Shown: piece after piece, positions 1 through 7,797 of the stretch
Layout of the letters: the number at the start of each line of letters is the position of its first letter
How positions within the stretch are numbered: the stretch's first letter is position 1
Origin: Archaeoglobus fulgidus DSM 4304
GTDB taxonomy: Archaea > Halobacteriota > Archaeoglobi > Archaeoglobales > Archaeoglobaceae
Assembly: GCF_000008665.1 (NCBI RefSeq)
Contig: NC_000917.1
Coordinates: 330,001-362,000 of the forward strand
DNA: 32,000 nucleotides
Reading direction: 5' to 3'
Program-made: the position numbers and the translations under genes
The notes under the pieces: model-generated
The model's input: the letters and a program-made list of their open reading frames with translations, nothing else
Told to the model about the DNA's origin: nothing
The model's database searches: none

Positions 1-411
1 GGCAGAGACATTTCAAACATGGACGTTCACATCCAGTTCGTCGGAACCTACGAGGGTGTTGAGGGCGACTCTGCAAGCATAAGCATTGCAACAGCAGTGA
101 TTTCGGCAATTGAAGGAATACCCGTCGACCAGTCGGTGGCGATGACCGGAAGCCTTTCTGTTAAGGGTGAAGTGCTTCCAGTGGGTGGTGTAACGCAGAA
201 AATCGAGGCGGCGATTCAGGCAGGTCTGAAGAAGGTAATCATACCGAAGGACAACATAGACGATGTGCTGTTGGATGCGGAGCACGAGGGCAAAATAGAG
301 GTGATTCCGGTTTCGAGAATCAACGAAGTTCTTGAGCACGTGCTTGAGGACGGTAAAAAGAAAAACAGGCTGATGAGCAAGTTCAAGGAGCTTGAGCTTG
401 CCGCAGTCTGA
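1..411 (+). CDS. lon: ATP-dependent Lon protease (archaeal LonB type), C-terminal proteolytic domain; 5' end outside the window
   Basis: Frame 1 is open from base 1 to TGA at 409-411. The translation [22 protein letters not shown]...[17 protein letters not shown] carries the Lon Ser/Lys dyad context (GDSAS; K in VTQKIEAA). Confidence 0.9.
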   Translation, partial: GRDISNMDVHIQFVGTYEGVEGDSASISIATAVISAIEGIPVDQSVAMTGSLSVKGEVLPVGGVTQKIEAAIQAGLKKVIIPKDNIDDVLLDAEHEGKIEVIPVSRINEVLEHVLEDGKKKNRLMSKFKELELAAV

Positions 412-939
412 CTATTTTTCGACTACAATCAGCTTTCCAAATCCCTCTTTTATCTCCGCCTTCAAATTCTGACCTTCAAAGACCTTTTCAAGAAAAGTTT
501 TGACGAACCTCTTGATTTTCAGGTCGTTGAGGATGAGCGTGTAAACACCGTTTCCTTCATCCTTTATCTCATACCAGTTGGCCTTCTCCACGTACCTCAG
601 AATTTTTTCAACGGTGTCAAGACCCTTCATCTTGTACTGCACTGCGTGGCTTAACCCAATTTCCTCCATCTGCCTCCAGAACTCAGAGTTGTTCACCCCC
701 TCAATTTCATTGAAAATTACCCTCCAGTGCTCGATGTCAAGAATCATGTGCTGCCTCTTCGCCAGATAGTCAACCCAAGCCTCAAGCGAGTCTGTATCGA
801 CTCCTAACTGATAAATATCGTACCCGAGGTCGATGAGGTCGCGAATAAGCTCGCTTGTGCTTTTACCAGTCATCTTCCTCATTTTCTCCAACTTTTCCTT
901 GGATTTGTCATCGAGAGAAACACTCAATCTTTCTGCCAT
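412..939 (-). CDS. Ribbon-helix-helix (CopG/Arc/MetJ-like) DNA-binding protein with an uncharacterised ~130-aa C-terminal domain
   Basis: 175-aa ORF with an ATG start (937-939 is cat on the + strand). The N-terminus RLSVSLDDKSKEKLEKMRKMTGKSTSELIRDLI fits the strand-helix-helix RHH pattern. Its stop abuts the lon stop with 0 nt between them. Confidence 0.6.
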   Translation of the reverse strand: MAERLSVSLDDKSKEKLEKMRKMTGKSTSELIRDLIDLGYDIYQLGVDTDSLEAWVDYLAKRQHMILDIEHWRVIFNEIEGVNNSEFWRQMEEIGLSHAVQYKMKGLDTVEKILRYVEKANWYEIKDEGNGVYTLILNDLKIKRFVKTFLEKVFEGQNLKAEIKEGFGKLIVVEK

Positions 940-981
940 TGTTCCTTTTTAATATCGCTGATTAATTACTCTTTCGATGGT

Positions 982-1036
982 ACAACAAGGTACATTGTTG
1001 TGCACTGCAGTGCAATTGTGAGCAAATTTGCGCAAA
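982..1036. promoter_or_regulatory. Cluster of palindromes in the divergent RHH/acs intergenic region (candidate operator sites)
   Basis: Inverted repeat acaacaa (982-988) / ttgttgt (995-1001). Perfect 14-bp palindrome tgcactgcagtgca (1001-1014). Perfect 10-bp palindrome tttgcgcaaa (1027-1036), followed by a related ttttcgcaaaaa. Confidence 0.3.
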
Positions 1037-1157
1037 AGTGTTTTAATTTTCGCAAAAATTTTCATTTTTAATCGTTAATCCCAAATAAAGTTAAATATCA
1101 ATAATTTAACCTATTTTTGGTGATGAATAGATGACGGACTTTAAGGGGGGAGTTTAG

Positions 1158-3203
1158 ATGGCAGACCCGATGGAAGCTATGAAAAAAGAGTTTGAGAACC
1201 GCATCATTCCACCAAGCTGGAAGGACAGGGTTTGGGAAATAGAAGATTACAGGAAGTTCCACGAGGACACCATCAAGGACAAGGAATCGATAGAGAAGTG
1301 GTGGGAGAAGTGGGCAAACGAGATTTTCTGGTTCAGGAAGTGGGACAGGGCTCTTGACGATAGCAACCCGCCCTTCTACAGGTGGTTTGTTGGCGGAGAG
1401 ACGAATCTCGCTTACCTCTGTACCGACTGGCAGATTGAGCAGGGAAGGAAGAACAAGGTGGCGATTATCTGGGAAGGAGAGCCGGTTAAGGAAAATGGAG
1501 AGCCGGTTGAAGTGAGAAAGCTAACTTACTACGACCTTTACAGGGAATCGAACAGGATTGCCGCGATGCTGAAGGACAAGCTTGGAGTTAAGAAGGACGA
1601 GATCCTGACCTTCTACCTGCCAATGATTCCTGAACTGCCGCTTTTCATGCTTGGAGTGCAGAGAATAGGGGCGAAGCACAGCATAGTGTTCAGCGGATTC
1701 AGTGCTCAGGCTCTGGCGGTTAGAATAATGGATGCTGGTGCGAGGTATGTTGTCACTGCAGATGGCGTTTACAGGAGAGGGAAGGTGCTGAACCTCAAAG
1801 CGATTGTAGATGACGCCGTTAAGATTTGCGAGCAGGAGGGTCACAAGGTTGAGAAGGTTATCGTGGTCAAGAGAGCAGGAAATGAAATCCCGTGGAACGA
1901 TAGCAGAGATGTTTGGTTTGAGGACCTGATGGCAGACATTGGAAAGAACGTGAAGGTTGAGTGCGAGAAAATGGGTTCTGAGGACTTCAGCTTCATCCTA
2001 TATACCTCGGGAACCACAGGAAGGCCGAAAGGAGCGCAGCACTCCGTCGGAGGCTATGCGGTTCACCTCTACACTACAATGAAGCTCATTTTCGATATCA
2101 AGGATGACGACATATTCTGGTGCACTGCCGACATCGGCTGGATTACGGGACACAGCTACATTGTTTACGGTCCACTGATGTGCGGTGCGACGACCATGAT
2201 GTATGAAGGCGCCCCAGACTTCCCTGACGTGAGCAGATGGGCAGCGATGATTGAGCGCTACGGAGTGACGATATTCTACACCGCCCCGACGGCAATAAGA
2301 ATGCTCATGCGCTTCCCTGAGGAGAACTACACCAAGTACGACATGTCAACGCTGAGAATAATCCACAGCGTTGGAGAGCCGATTAACCCCGAAGCTTGGA
2401 GATGGTACTACAGGGTTTTCGGTAGAGAAGATGTTGTCTGCTCAAGCACATGGTGGATGACGGAAACTGGGGGTATGCTGACGGACCACTTCCCAGGATT
2501 GGGGAAGATAATTCCACTTAAGCCGGGCACAAATGGCTATCCAATTCCTGGAGTTAGGATGGAGGTTCTTGATGATGAGGGCAATTCTGTGAAACCGGGA
2601 GAAAGAGGCTACCTCGTTATCTCCACACCATGGCCCGGAATGCTCATGACGCTGTTCAAAGACCCAAACAGGTTCATTGACGTTTACTTCGGCAAGTACA
2701 AGAGCAAGGGTTGGTATTACTACACAGGCGACTTTGCCATGTTCGATGAGGACGGCTACGTCTGGGTTCTTGGAAGGGCTGATGATATACTGAAGGTTGC
2801 TGGGCACAGAATTGGAACTGCTGAAATTGAATCGGCAATGGTCTCTCATCCGGATGTTGCTGAAGCAGCCTGCGTTGGCAAATCCGACCCGGTAAAGGGA
2901 GAGATTCCGATAATCTACGTGGTGCTGAGAGAAGGTGTTGAACCCTCACCGGATATGGTGAACGAGCTCAAGAAGCACCTCAGAGCCACTCTCGGCCCTG
3001 TTGTTGCCAGCGATGCTGTGATAACCTTCGTTAACACTCTACCCAAAACAAGAAGCGGTAAAATCATGAGGAGGCTGCTTAGGGCTGTTGCAGAGGGCAA
3101 AGAGCTCGGTGACGTCACAACCCTTGAGAGCGAGGTTGCGGTTGAGGAGGCGAAGAAGGCCTACGAGATGGTTAAGGCGGCCCTTGAGGGGTCCAAATCC
3201 TAA
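1158..3203 (+). CDS. acs: Acetyl-CoA synthetase (AMP-forming acyl-CoA synthetase)
   Basis: 681 aa. Adenylate-forming motifs YTSGTTGRPKG, YYTGDFA, GRADDILKVAGHRIGTAEIE and PKTRSGKIMRR. N-terminal region is Acs-like (FWFRKWDRALDDSNPPFYRWFVGGETNLAYLC). SD-like aggggggag lies 6-14 nt upstream of the ATG. Confidence 0.95.
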   Translation: MADPMEAMKKEFENRIIPPSWKDRVWEIEDYRKFHEDTIKDKESIEKWWEKWANEIFWFRKWDRALDDSNPPFYRWFVGGETNLAYLCTDWQIEQGRKNKVAIIWEGEPVKENGEPVEVRKLTYYDLYRESNRIAAMLKDKLGVKKDEILTFYLPMIPELPLFMLGVQRIGAKHSIVFSGFSAQALAVRIMDAGARYVVTADGVYRRGKVLNLKAIVDDAVKICEQEGHKVEKVIVVKRAGNEIPWNDSRDVWFEDLMADIGKNVKVECEKMGSEDFSFILYTSGTTGRPKGAQHSVGGYAVHLYTTMKLIFDIKDDDIFWCTADIGWITGHSYIVYGPLMCGATTMMYEGAPDFPDVSRWAAMIERYGVTIFYTAPTAIRMLMRFPEENYTKYDMSTLRIIHSVGEPINPEAWRWYYRVFGREDVVCSSTWWMTETGGMLTDHFPGLGKIIPLKPGTNGYPIPGVRMEVLDDEGNSVKPGERGYLVISTPWPGMLMTLFKDPNRFIDVYFGKYKSKGWYYYTGDFAMFDEDGYVWVLGRADDILKVAGHRIGTAEIESAMVSHPDVAEAACVGKSDPVKGEIPIIYVVLREGVEPSPDMVNELKKHLRATLGPVVASDAVITFVNTLPKTRSGKIMRRLLRAVAEGKELGDVTTLESEVAVEEAKKAYEMVKAALEGSKS

Positions 3204-3218
3204 TTTTTTGGTGGTAGT

Positions 3219-4412
3219 ATGGCTTCAAAGTGGCTCGTTATATTTGCAGGCTTTCTGCTCAATCTCATGCTCGGAATAGTTTACGCATGGAGCGTCTTTG
3301 TTAACCCGCTAATGAATACCTTCGGCTGGAGCAAAACCATCGCTTCACTGCCTTTCTCAATATTCCTGCTGATTTTCGCACTCATGATGGTTCCCGCAGG
3401 AAGAACGCAGGACAGGATAGGGCCGAGAAAGGTTGCAATGCTGGGTGGTGTGCTGCTTGGTGTCGGCTTTCTGCTATCGGGGTTAATTGAGTCCATCCAG
3501 TCACCCTACTGGCTCATTTTCAGCTACGGCGTCATAGCTGGAGCTGGATGTGGACTCGGCTACGCATGCCCCATCCCAGTGGCAAGAAAATGGTTCCCCG
3601 AAAGGGTTGGTCTCGCCACTGGACTGGTGGTCATGGGTTTCGGAATGAGCGCCCTCATCTTTGCCCCCCTTGAGAGGATTTTAATCGATACATACGGCAT
3701 AAGCACCACCTTTTACATTCTTGGAGTCATTTTGCTCATCGTCGCAGTTTTTGCCGCATCTCTGCTTTCCAACCCTCCAGAACTGCCTGCTGTCCAAGCA
3801 TCAAATCCTGCCAAGGTTGAGGTTGTAACAGGTAAGCCTGAGCTCGGGCCGTCAGAAATGCTTAGGGATTACAGGTTCTACGTCCTCTGGCTGAGCTTCT
3901 TCTTCATGGCTCTGGCAGGATTAATGGTCATCGGCCACATCGCTCCCTACGCTCAGGAGAGGGGCTTGGAGCCTCTGGCCGCTGCATTCGCCGTGAGCAT
4001 TCTGTCAGTAGCAAACGCTGTCGGGAGACCGGGGGCTGGAGCACTTTCTGACAAAATCGGCAGGGCAATGACAATGTTCGTCCTCTTTCTGATTCAGGGA
4101 ATTACACTCATTGCCTTCCCGCACGTTGCCCTTACACTGATAACCATCTACATCTGCGCTGCAATAATAGGTTTTAACTACGGAGCGAACTTCTCGCTAT
4201 TCCCTTCCGCCACAGGAGACTTTTTCGGCACGAAAAACCTCGGTGTGAACTACGGCCTTGTCTTTACGTCCTACGGAGTCGGAGGGCTGGTTGGACCAAT
4301 AATGGCTGGTTACGTCTTTGACGTTACGGGAAGCTACGAAATTGCCTTTCTCGTTGCAGGAGTGTTAGCTTTAATTGCAGCCTTTATGAGCTTCCTCCTC
4401 AGGAGGAAGTGA
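3219..4412 (+). CDS. MFS transporter, oxalate/formate-antiporter-like (OFA) family; probably a monocarboxylate transporter
   Basis: 397 aa with about 12 hydrophobic segments. MFS motif-A-like GRTQDRIGPRKV after TM2. Starts 15 nt after the acs stop, with ggtggt upstream. Confidence 0.85.
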   Translation: MASKWLVIFAGFLLNLMLGIVYAWSVFVNPLMNTFGWSKTIASLPFSIFLLIFALMMVPAGRTQDRIGPRKVAMLGGVLLGVGFLLSGLIESIQSPYWLIFSYGVIAGAGCGLGYACPIPVARKWFPERVGLATGLVVMGFGMSALIFAPLERILIDTYGISTTFYILGVILLIVAVFAASLLSNPPELPAVQASNPAKVEVVTGKPELGPSEMLRDYRFYVLWLSFFFMALAGLMVIGHIAPYAQERGLEPLAAAFAVSILSVANAVGRPGAGALSDKIGRAMTMFVLFLIQGITLIAFPHVALTLITIYICAAIIGFNYGANFSLFPSATGDFFGTKNLGVNYGLVFTSYGVGGLVGPIMAGYVFDVTGSYEIAFLVAGVLALIAAFMSFLLRRK

Positions 4413-4436
4413 ATTTTATTTTTTTAAACAAAAGTG
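4390..4436 (+). repeat. Direct repeat copy A (MFS 3' end + terminator + aaacaaaagtg)
   Basis: gcttcctcctcaggaggaagtgaattttatttttttaaacaaaagtg recurs at 4701-4741 with a 2-nt insertion, two substitutions and a 7-nt deletion in the T-tract. Confidence 0.75.
4391..4425 (+). terminator. Hairpin plus T-tract at the MFS 3' end
   Basis: An 8-bp stem cttcctcc/ggaggaag with loop tca (4391-4409) spans the last codons. It is followed by T4 (4414-4417) and T7 (4419-4425). Archaeal termination is typically at oligo-T. Confidence 0.45.
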
Positions 4437-4516
4437 GTGGGTAATAGCACATATTCTCAAGAGAGACTTAAAAACAAAGCGAAAAATTAAAACATCAGTG
4501 ATTAATTTATTTTAAT

Positions 4517-4693
4517 ATGGAGAGGGCTTACGAACTCTTCCAAAAGCTTCCAGATGACCTGAAGAGAGAAGTTATAGACTACATGGAATTCCTGCTCGAA
4601 AGAAAGGTAAAGAAAAAAGGTGATAAGCTCAAGCTTTCATGGAAAGGTGCTCTGAAAGAGCTGAGAGACAAATACACCTCTGTGGAGCAATAA
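4517..4693 (+). CDS. Small (58 aa) DUF2281/VapB-like antitoxin-type protein; apparently orphan and C-terminally truncated
   Basis: Below the ORF-track cutoff. ATG at 4517, TAA at 4691-4693, peptide MERAYELFQKLPDDLKREVIDYMEFLLERKVKKKGDKLKLSWKGALKELRDKYTSVEQ. The LPxxxxxEVxDFxEFL helix and the W-x-G-x-LK...YTSVE tail resemble small archaeal type II antitoxins recalled from memory. No toxin ORF follows. Confidence 0.45.
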   Translation: MERAYELFQKLPDDLKREVIDYMEFLLERKVKKKGDKLKLSWKGALKELRDKYTSVEQ

Positions 4694-4700
4694 TCCTGTA

Positions 4701-4741
4701 GCTTATCCTCCTCAGGAGGAGGCGAATTTTAAACAAAAGTG
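4701..4741 (+). repeat. Direct repeat copy B (degenerate duplicate of the MFS 3' end and terminator)
   Basis: gcttatcctcctcaggaggaggcgaattttaaacaaaagtg. It retains a 6-bp hairpin and the aaacaaaagtg flank, and starts 8 nt after the small ORF's stop. Confidence 0.75.
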
Positions 4742-4858
4742 TCCACAATCACGCTCTCAGATTGAGGTGTAGAGTTTTGGGCAATGCCCCCGGTCCTGTG
4801 GGTGTCTCACCGTCTTTGAAAACCCACATTGCCCCTACTGGTGGCTCAGAAGAGAGGT

Positions 4859-4981
4859 TTACGTATTCTTCACCGTTGCTGCTGTGATAAAATTGAAAAC
4901 AACTGCGACTAAGGCAAAGGTGATAAGAACTGCCATTAAAGTCCCCACGACCTCGCTAACACCCTTGGCATTCATTACCAT
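4859..4981 (-). CDS. Archaeal type IV pilin-like small ORF (class III signal peptide), 40 aa; possibly the frameshifted 5' part of a ~77-aa gene reaching 4749
   Basis: Minus-strand ATG at 4981. Peptide MVMNAKGVSEVVGTLMAVLITFALVAVVFNFITAATVKNT, with a KG/VSEV prepilin-peptidase-type site followed by a hydrophobic helix. TAA at 4859-4861. Another frame continues as EEYVNLSSEPPVGAMWVFKDGETPTGPGALPKTLHLNLRA to TGA at 4749-4751. Confidence 0.4.
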   Translation of the reverse strand: MVMNAKGVSEVVGTLMAVLITFALVAVVFNFITAATVKNT

Positions 4982-5025
4982 TATTGCAACAATCACAATT
5001 ATAAGGTTAACTGACAAAAGTAGAA

Positions 5026-6045
5026 TTAAAACTTGAGAACCTTCGGAACGTTAACCTCGTAAGGCGGGTATATCACCCCGTATTCGGTTATGAGGGCCGT
5101 TACGTTTTCAAGAGGCGTTGGGTCGAAGGCGGGATTGTAAACTTTAACGTTTAGAGGGGCAATCTGCCTTTTTCCACAGAAAATCAGCTCCTCCCTCGGC
5201 CTTTCCTCAATCACAACGTCCTTGGCTGTTCTCTCCCAATCAAAGGTCGCCTTTGGGGCGGCAACGTAGAAGGGAATGTTGTGATGCTTTGCCACTACCG
5301 AGACCGTGTAGGTGCCGATTTTGTTAAACACAGCATCCCTCACTATCCTGTCAGCCCCCACTATGACCTTGTCCACCATCCCCTTCTGCATAACTATGCC
5401 CACCATTGAATCAGTTATGAGCGTAACATCAATGCCATCCTCCATAAGCTCCCAGCAGGTCAGCCTTGACCCCTGATTGAGGGGGCGGGTTTCGCAGGCA
5501 ATAACCCTAATCTCCTTCCCCTGCTCCACAGCACTCCTCACAACTCCCAATGCGGTCCCCCAGTCCACTGTCGCAAGTCTTCCAGCGTTGCAGTAGGTCA
5601 GGACAACATCTCCATCCTCAAGCAGCTCCGCTCCATACTCACCCATCTTCCTGTTCCTCTCCACGTCCTCCTCTGCCAGCTTCTCTGCCTCCCTTAGCGC
5701 AAGTTCCTTCACTTCCTCAACGCTCTCCCCCTTCAGAGCTGCGTTGAGTGCCCTCTCTATACCAACAAAGAGGTTCACGGCAGTGGGACGAGTTGAGGCG
5801 AGAAAATCTGCCGCCTTTTTGAGGTGTTCCTTCAACTCATCAACATCAGCAAACTCCCTCTCCCTCGCAGCCAAGGCAATGCCGTAAGCTCCAGCAGCCT
5901 CAAGCGCCGGAGCTCCCCTTACGGCAAGCTTTTTTATCGCATCCGCCAGCTCCTCAACGTTTCTGCACTCAATTACCTCCAGCTTCTCGGGAAGCTTCGT
6001 CTGGTCAATCAGCTTCAACCCATCATCCCAGAATATCGACCTCAT
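5026..6045 (-). CDS. mtnA: Methylthioribose-1-phosphate isomerase family protein (eIF-2B alpha/beta/delta-like, MtnA type)
   Basis: 339 aa. N-terminal IFWDDGLKLIDQTKLPEKLEVIEC, then RGAPALEAAGAYG, TYCNAG (Cys), ETRPLNQG, VGADRI (Asp), NKIGTY and NPAFDPTP. This is the MtnA subgroup, not the shorter ribose-1,5-bisphosphate isomerase subgroup. Confidence 0.85.
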   Translation of the reverse strand: MRSIFWDDGLKLIDQTKLPEKLEVIECRNVEELADAIKKLAVRGAPALEAAGAYGIALAAREREFADVDELKEHLKKAADFLASTRPTAVNLFVGIERALNAALKGESVEEVKELALREAEKLAEEDVERNRKMGEYGAELLEDGDVVLTYCNAGRLATVDWGTALGVVRSAVEQGKEIRVIACETRPLNQGSRLTCWELMEDGIDVTLITDSMVGIVMQKGMVDKVIVGADRIVRDAVFNKIGTYTVSVVAKHHNIPFYVAAPKATFDWERTAKDVVIEERPREELIFCGKRQIAPLNVKVYNPAFDPTPLENVTALITEYGVIYPPYEVNVPKVLKF

Positions 6046-6054
6046 TTCAACACC

Positions 6055-6651
6055 TCACTTCAAGACCTTACCCGTCATCTCGGCCCAGATTCTCAAATCC
6101 ATTTCTGCAAGACTCTCTCCCCTCTCCTCCGAAATTTCCATAAGAATTTTCTCAACTTCGAGATACTTCTTCGCCGTCATCGTGCCGGGAACTTCGTAGC
6201 CCTGCCTTTCAAGCCACCTCAGAATGTGCCTGTCTATTATAGCAACATCCTCTCTCCCGACATTCCTGAGAAAGTGGCTTGCCTCCTTCATTCCCAGCCC
6301 CTTTATCTTGAGAAGAATCTCCCTAGCCTTACTGCTTTCAGCCTCCAGAGCCTTCTCCACCAGCTTGAAGCTTTTAAAAGCCTCCCTGATGTACTCAGCC
6401 TTTCTGTTGTGGAATCTCACTCCAGCCAAGGTGAGCGCCTCCTTGACCCCCACTCCCTGTCCTAAAAGCCTCTGGAACTTCAAGCCTGCTGTGGCGGAGG
6501 AGTTGGCTGTTGATATGCAGAAGGCAAGCTCAGTTCTGATGGTTGCCTTCACACTGAAATCAAGAAAGGGCCTGAAGTCGAACTCCACCTCCCCTTTTTC
6601 TCCAAGCTGCCTGAACTCTTTAATGCGCCTTGAAATTGCTTTCTCAATCAT
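6055..6651 (-). CDS. ogg: 8-oxoguanine DNA glycosylase/AP lyase, archaeal Ogg2-type HhH-GPD enzyme
   Basis: 198 aa. Helix-hairpin-helix with catalytic Lys (LKIKGLGMKEASHFLRNVG), followed by the IIDRHI Asp. ATGA overlap with the fdhD stop (6648-6651). Confidence 0.85.
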   Translation of the reverse strand: MIEKAISRRIKEFRQLGEKGEVEFDFRPFLDFSVKATIRTELAFCISTANSSATAGLKFQRLLGQGVGVKEALTLAGVRFHNRKAEYIREAFKSFKLVEKALEAESSKAREILLKIKGLGMKEASHFLRNVGREDVAIIDRHILRWLERQGYEVPGTMTAKKYLEVEKILMEISEERGESLAEMDLRIWAEMTGKVLK

Positions 6652-7331
6652 AGCAGAAGCGCCTCTCCCTCAACAGCGATGTTTGTGGCGAAGGAGACTG
6701 CTGCAATCCCGCTCTTCTCACAGACCTCTATGGCTGAATCGAGAATTGCTGCTTTCGACGCAATTAAAGGTATCCCAACCCTTGCACACTTCATCGCCAT
6801 TCCTCTCGAAATTCTACCTGAGAGGAGAAGGAAAGTTTTGCTCAGCTCAGCACCTTTTAGCAAAGCTGAGCCAATTGCCTTGTCAACGGCATTGTGCCTG
6901 CCCACGTCATACATCCTCGACACAACACCGTCTTTACCCACTATAACTGCAGTATGATAGCCCCTCGTTTTCCTGTACTCCTCCGTCTCAATGTAATTCA
7001 AAGCCTCCCTGACTTCCTCAAGCGTGAACCTCTCTCCAGCTTTAACCCTCGGTATCTCCTCCCTCTCCCTGAAAACTCCGATGCATCCTGAGGACCTTAT
7101 TGTTGTGGAGCTATGCTCCCCGTCCATCTTAACGTAGATAATGTCATCCTCAATTTTGCTCACCTCAACTTCATCGAGAGACTTGGCAATCCCCTCTGAA
7201 ATTACAAATCCGACCGCAAGCTCTATGAGGTTTTTGGGAGTGCACATCAGGTGGTATTGAGTTCTTCCAGCGATTACTGTAACTCTGCTCTCCCTGGCCA
7301 GTTCAAGAGTCTTTCCGAGTTTTCTGATCAC
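6648..7331 (-). CDS. fdhD: FdhD-family sulfurtransferase (formate dehydrogenase/molybdoenzyme accessory protein)
   Basis: 227 aa. Motifs MCTPKNLIELAVGFVISEGI, GRHNAVDKAIG and SGRISRGMAMKCARVGIPLIASKAA. The start codon is GTG (7329-7331 is cac on the + strand). Confidence 0.85.
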   Translation of the reverse strand: MIRKLGKTLELARESRVTVIAGRTQYHLMCTPKNLIELAVGFVISEGIAKSLDEVEVSKIEDDIIYVKMDGEHSSTTIRSSGCIGVFREREEIPRVKAGERFTLEEVREALNYIETEEYRKTRGYHTAVIVGKDGVVSRMYDVGRHNAVDKAIGSALLKGAELSKTFLLLSGRISRGMAMKCARVGIPLIASKAAILDSAIEVCEKSGIAAVSFATNIAVEGEALLL

Positions 7332-7381
7332 GTCGGCAGTTTTGGCACAGGTGTTAAAAAAGTTTGGCGACTAAGAGTGAT

Positions 7382-7743
7382 ATGCTAAGAAACTCCTCGG
7401 CGGTTTTCATCACCGCCATGATTCTTGGGCTACTTTTCCCCCTGGCGCAATTAGCCTGAAAGAGGGGTCGATCACGAACGTTCTTCTCAACTACCTTTAT
7501 CTCAGCGGCCTGATTCTGCTTCTCGGTTACATTCTAGCTATTGGTTGGTTTCGTTGTGATGGCTTCTGCCCCTCGTTTCCTGCGCTGTTGCCTACGTTTT
7601 ATCCCTAATCATCACTCCCGCGATTATAATCTGCCTAACCGAAAAGGGTGTTGACACTGCGGAGATTTTCAGAACTCTCCATTTTTGAGGTTCTCGCTTT
7701 TACCTACTTCTCAATCGTGATTAACAAAATAAATCAAAGTTAA
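7382..7743 (+). pseudogene. Possible decayed membrane-protein gene (hydrophobic reading-frame fragments broken by stops and frameshifts)
   Basis: No ORF of 60 aa or more in the 466-bp spacer. Successive frames give MLRNSSAVFITAMILGLLFPLAQLA*, LKEGSITNVLLNYLYLSGLILLLGYILAIGWF..., IITPAIIICLTEKGVDTAEIF... and EVLAFTYFSIVINK. No family assignment was possible by eye. Confidence 0.2.
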
Positions 7744-7758
7744 GAGGGATGGCAAAGG

Positions 7759-7787
7759 TATTTATATGGTATATAAGTCTTTAAAAA
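7759..7787 (+). promoter_or_regulatory. tbp promoter region with several TATA-like elements
   Basis: tttatat (7761-7767), tatataag (7770-7777) and tttaaaaa (7780-7787) lie upstream of SD-like ggtggtg (7789-7795) and the ATG at 7798. Which element is used cannot be decided from sequence. Confidence 0.4.
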
Positions 7788-7797
7788 TGGTGGTGTT

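Noticed and set aside
1120-1126. C-box-like gtgatga upstream of acs (possible C/D box sRNA)
   Set aside because: There is no D box (ctga) or C'/D' pair at appropriate spacing before the acs start. The same holds for atgatt/ctga near 7425-7457.
4390-5025. An integrated mobile element or integron-like cassette with an integrase
   Set aside because: Direct repeats are present, but there is no integrase, transposase or terminal inverted repeat anywhere in the spacer. Only a scar interpretation is defensible.
5824-6946. Long + strand ORFs (213 aa at 5824-6465, 240 aa at 6224-6946) antisense to mtnA, ogg and fdhD
   Set aside because: They are Ser/Leu/Pro/Arg-rich with no recognisable motif. They lie fully antisense to ORFs with strong family signatures, which is typical of shadow ORFs.
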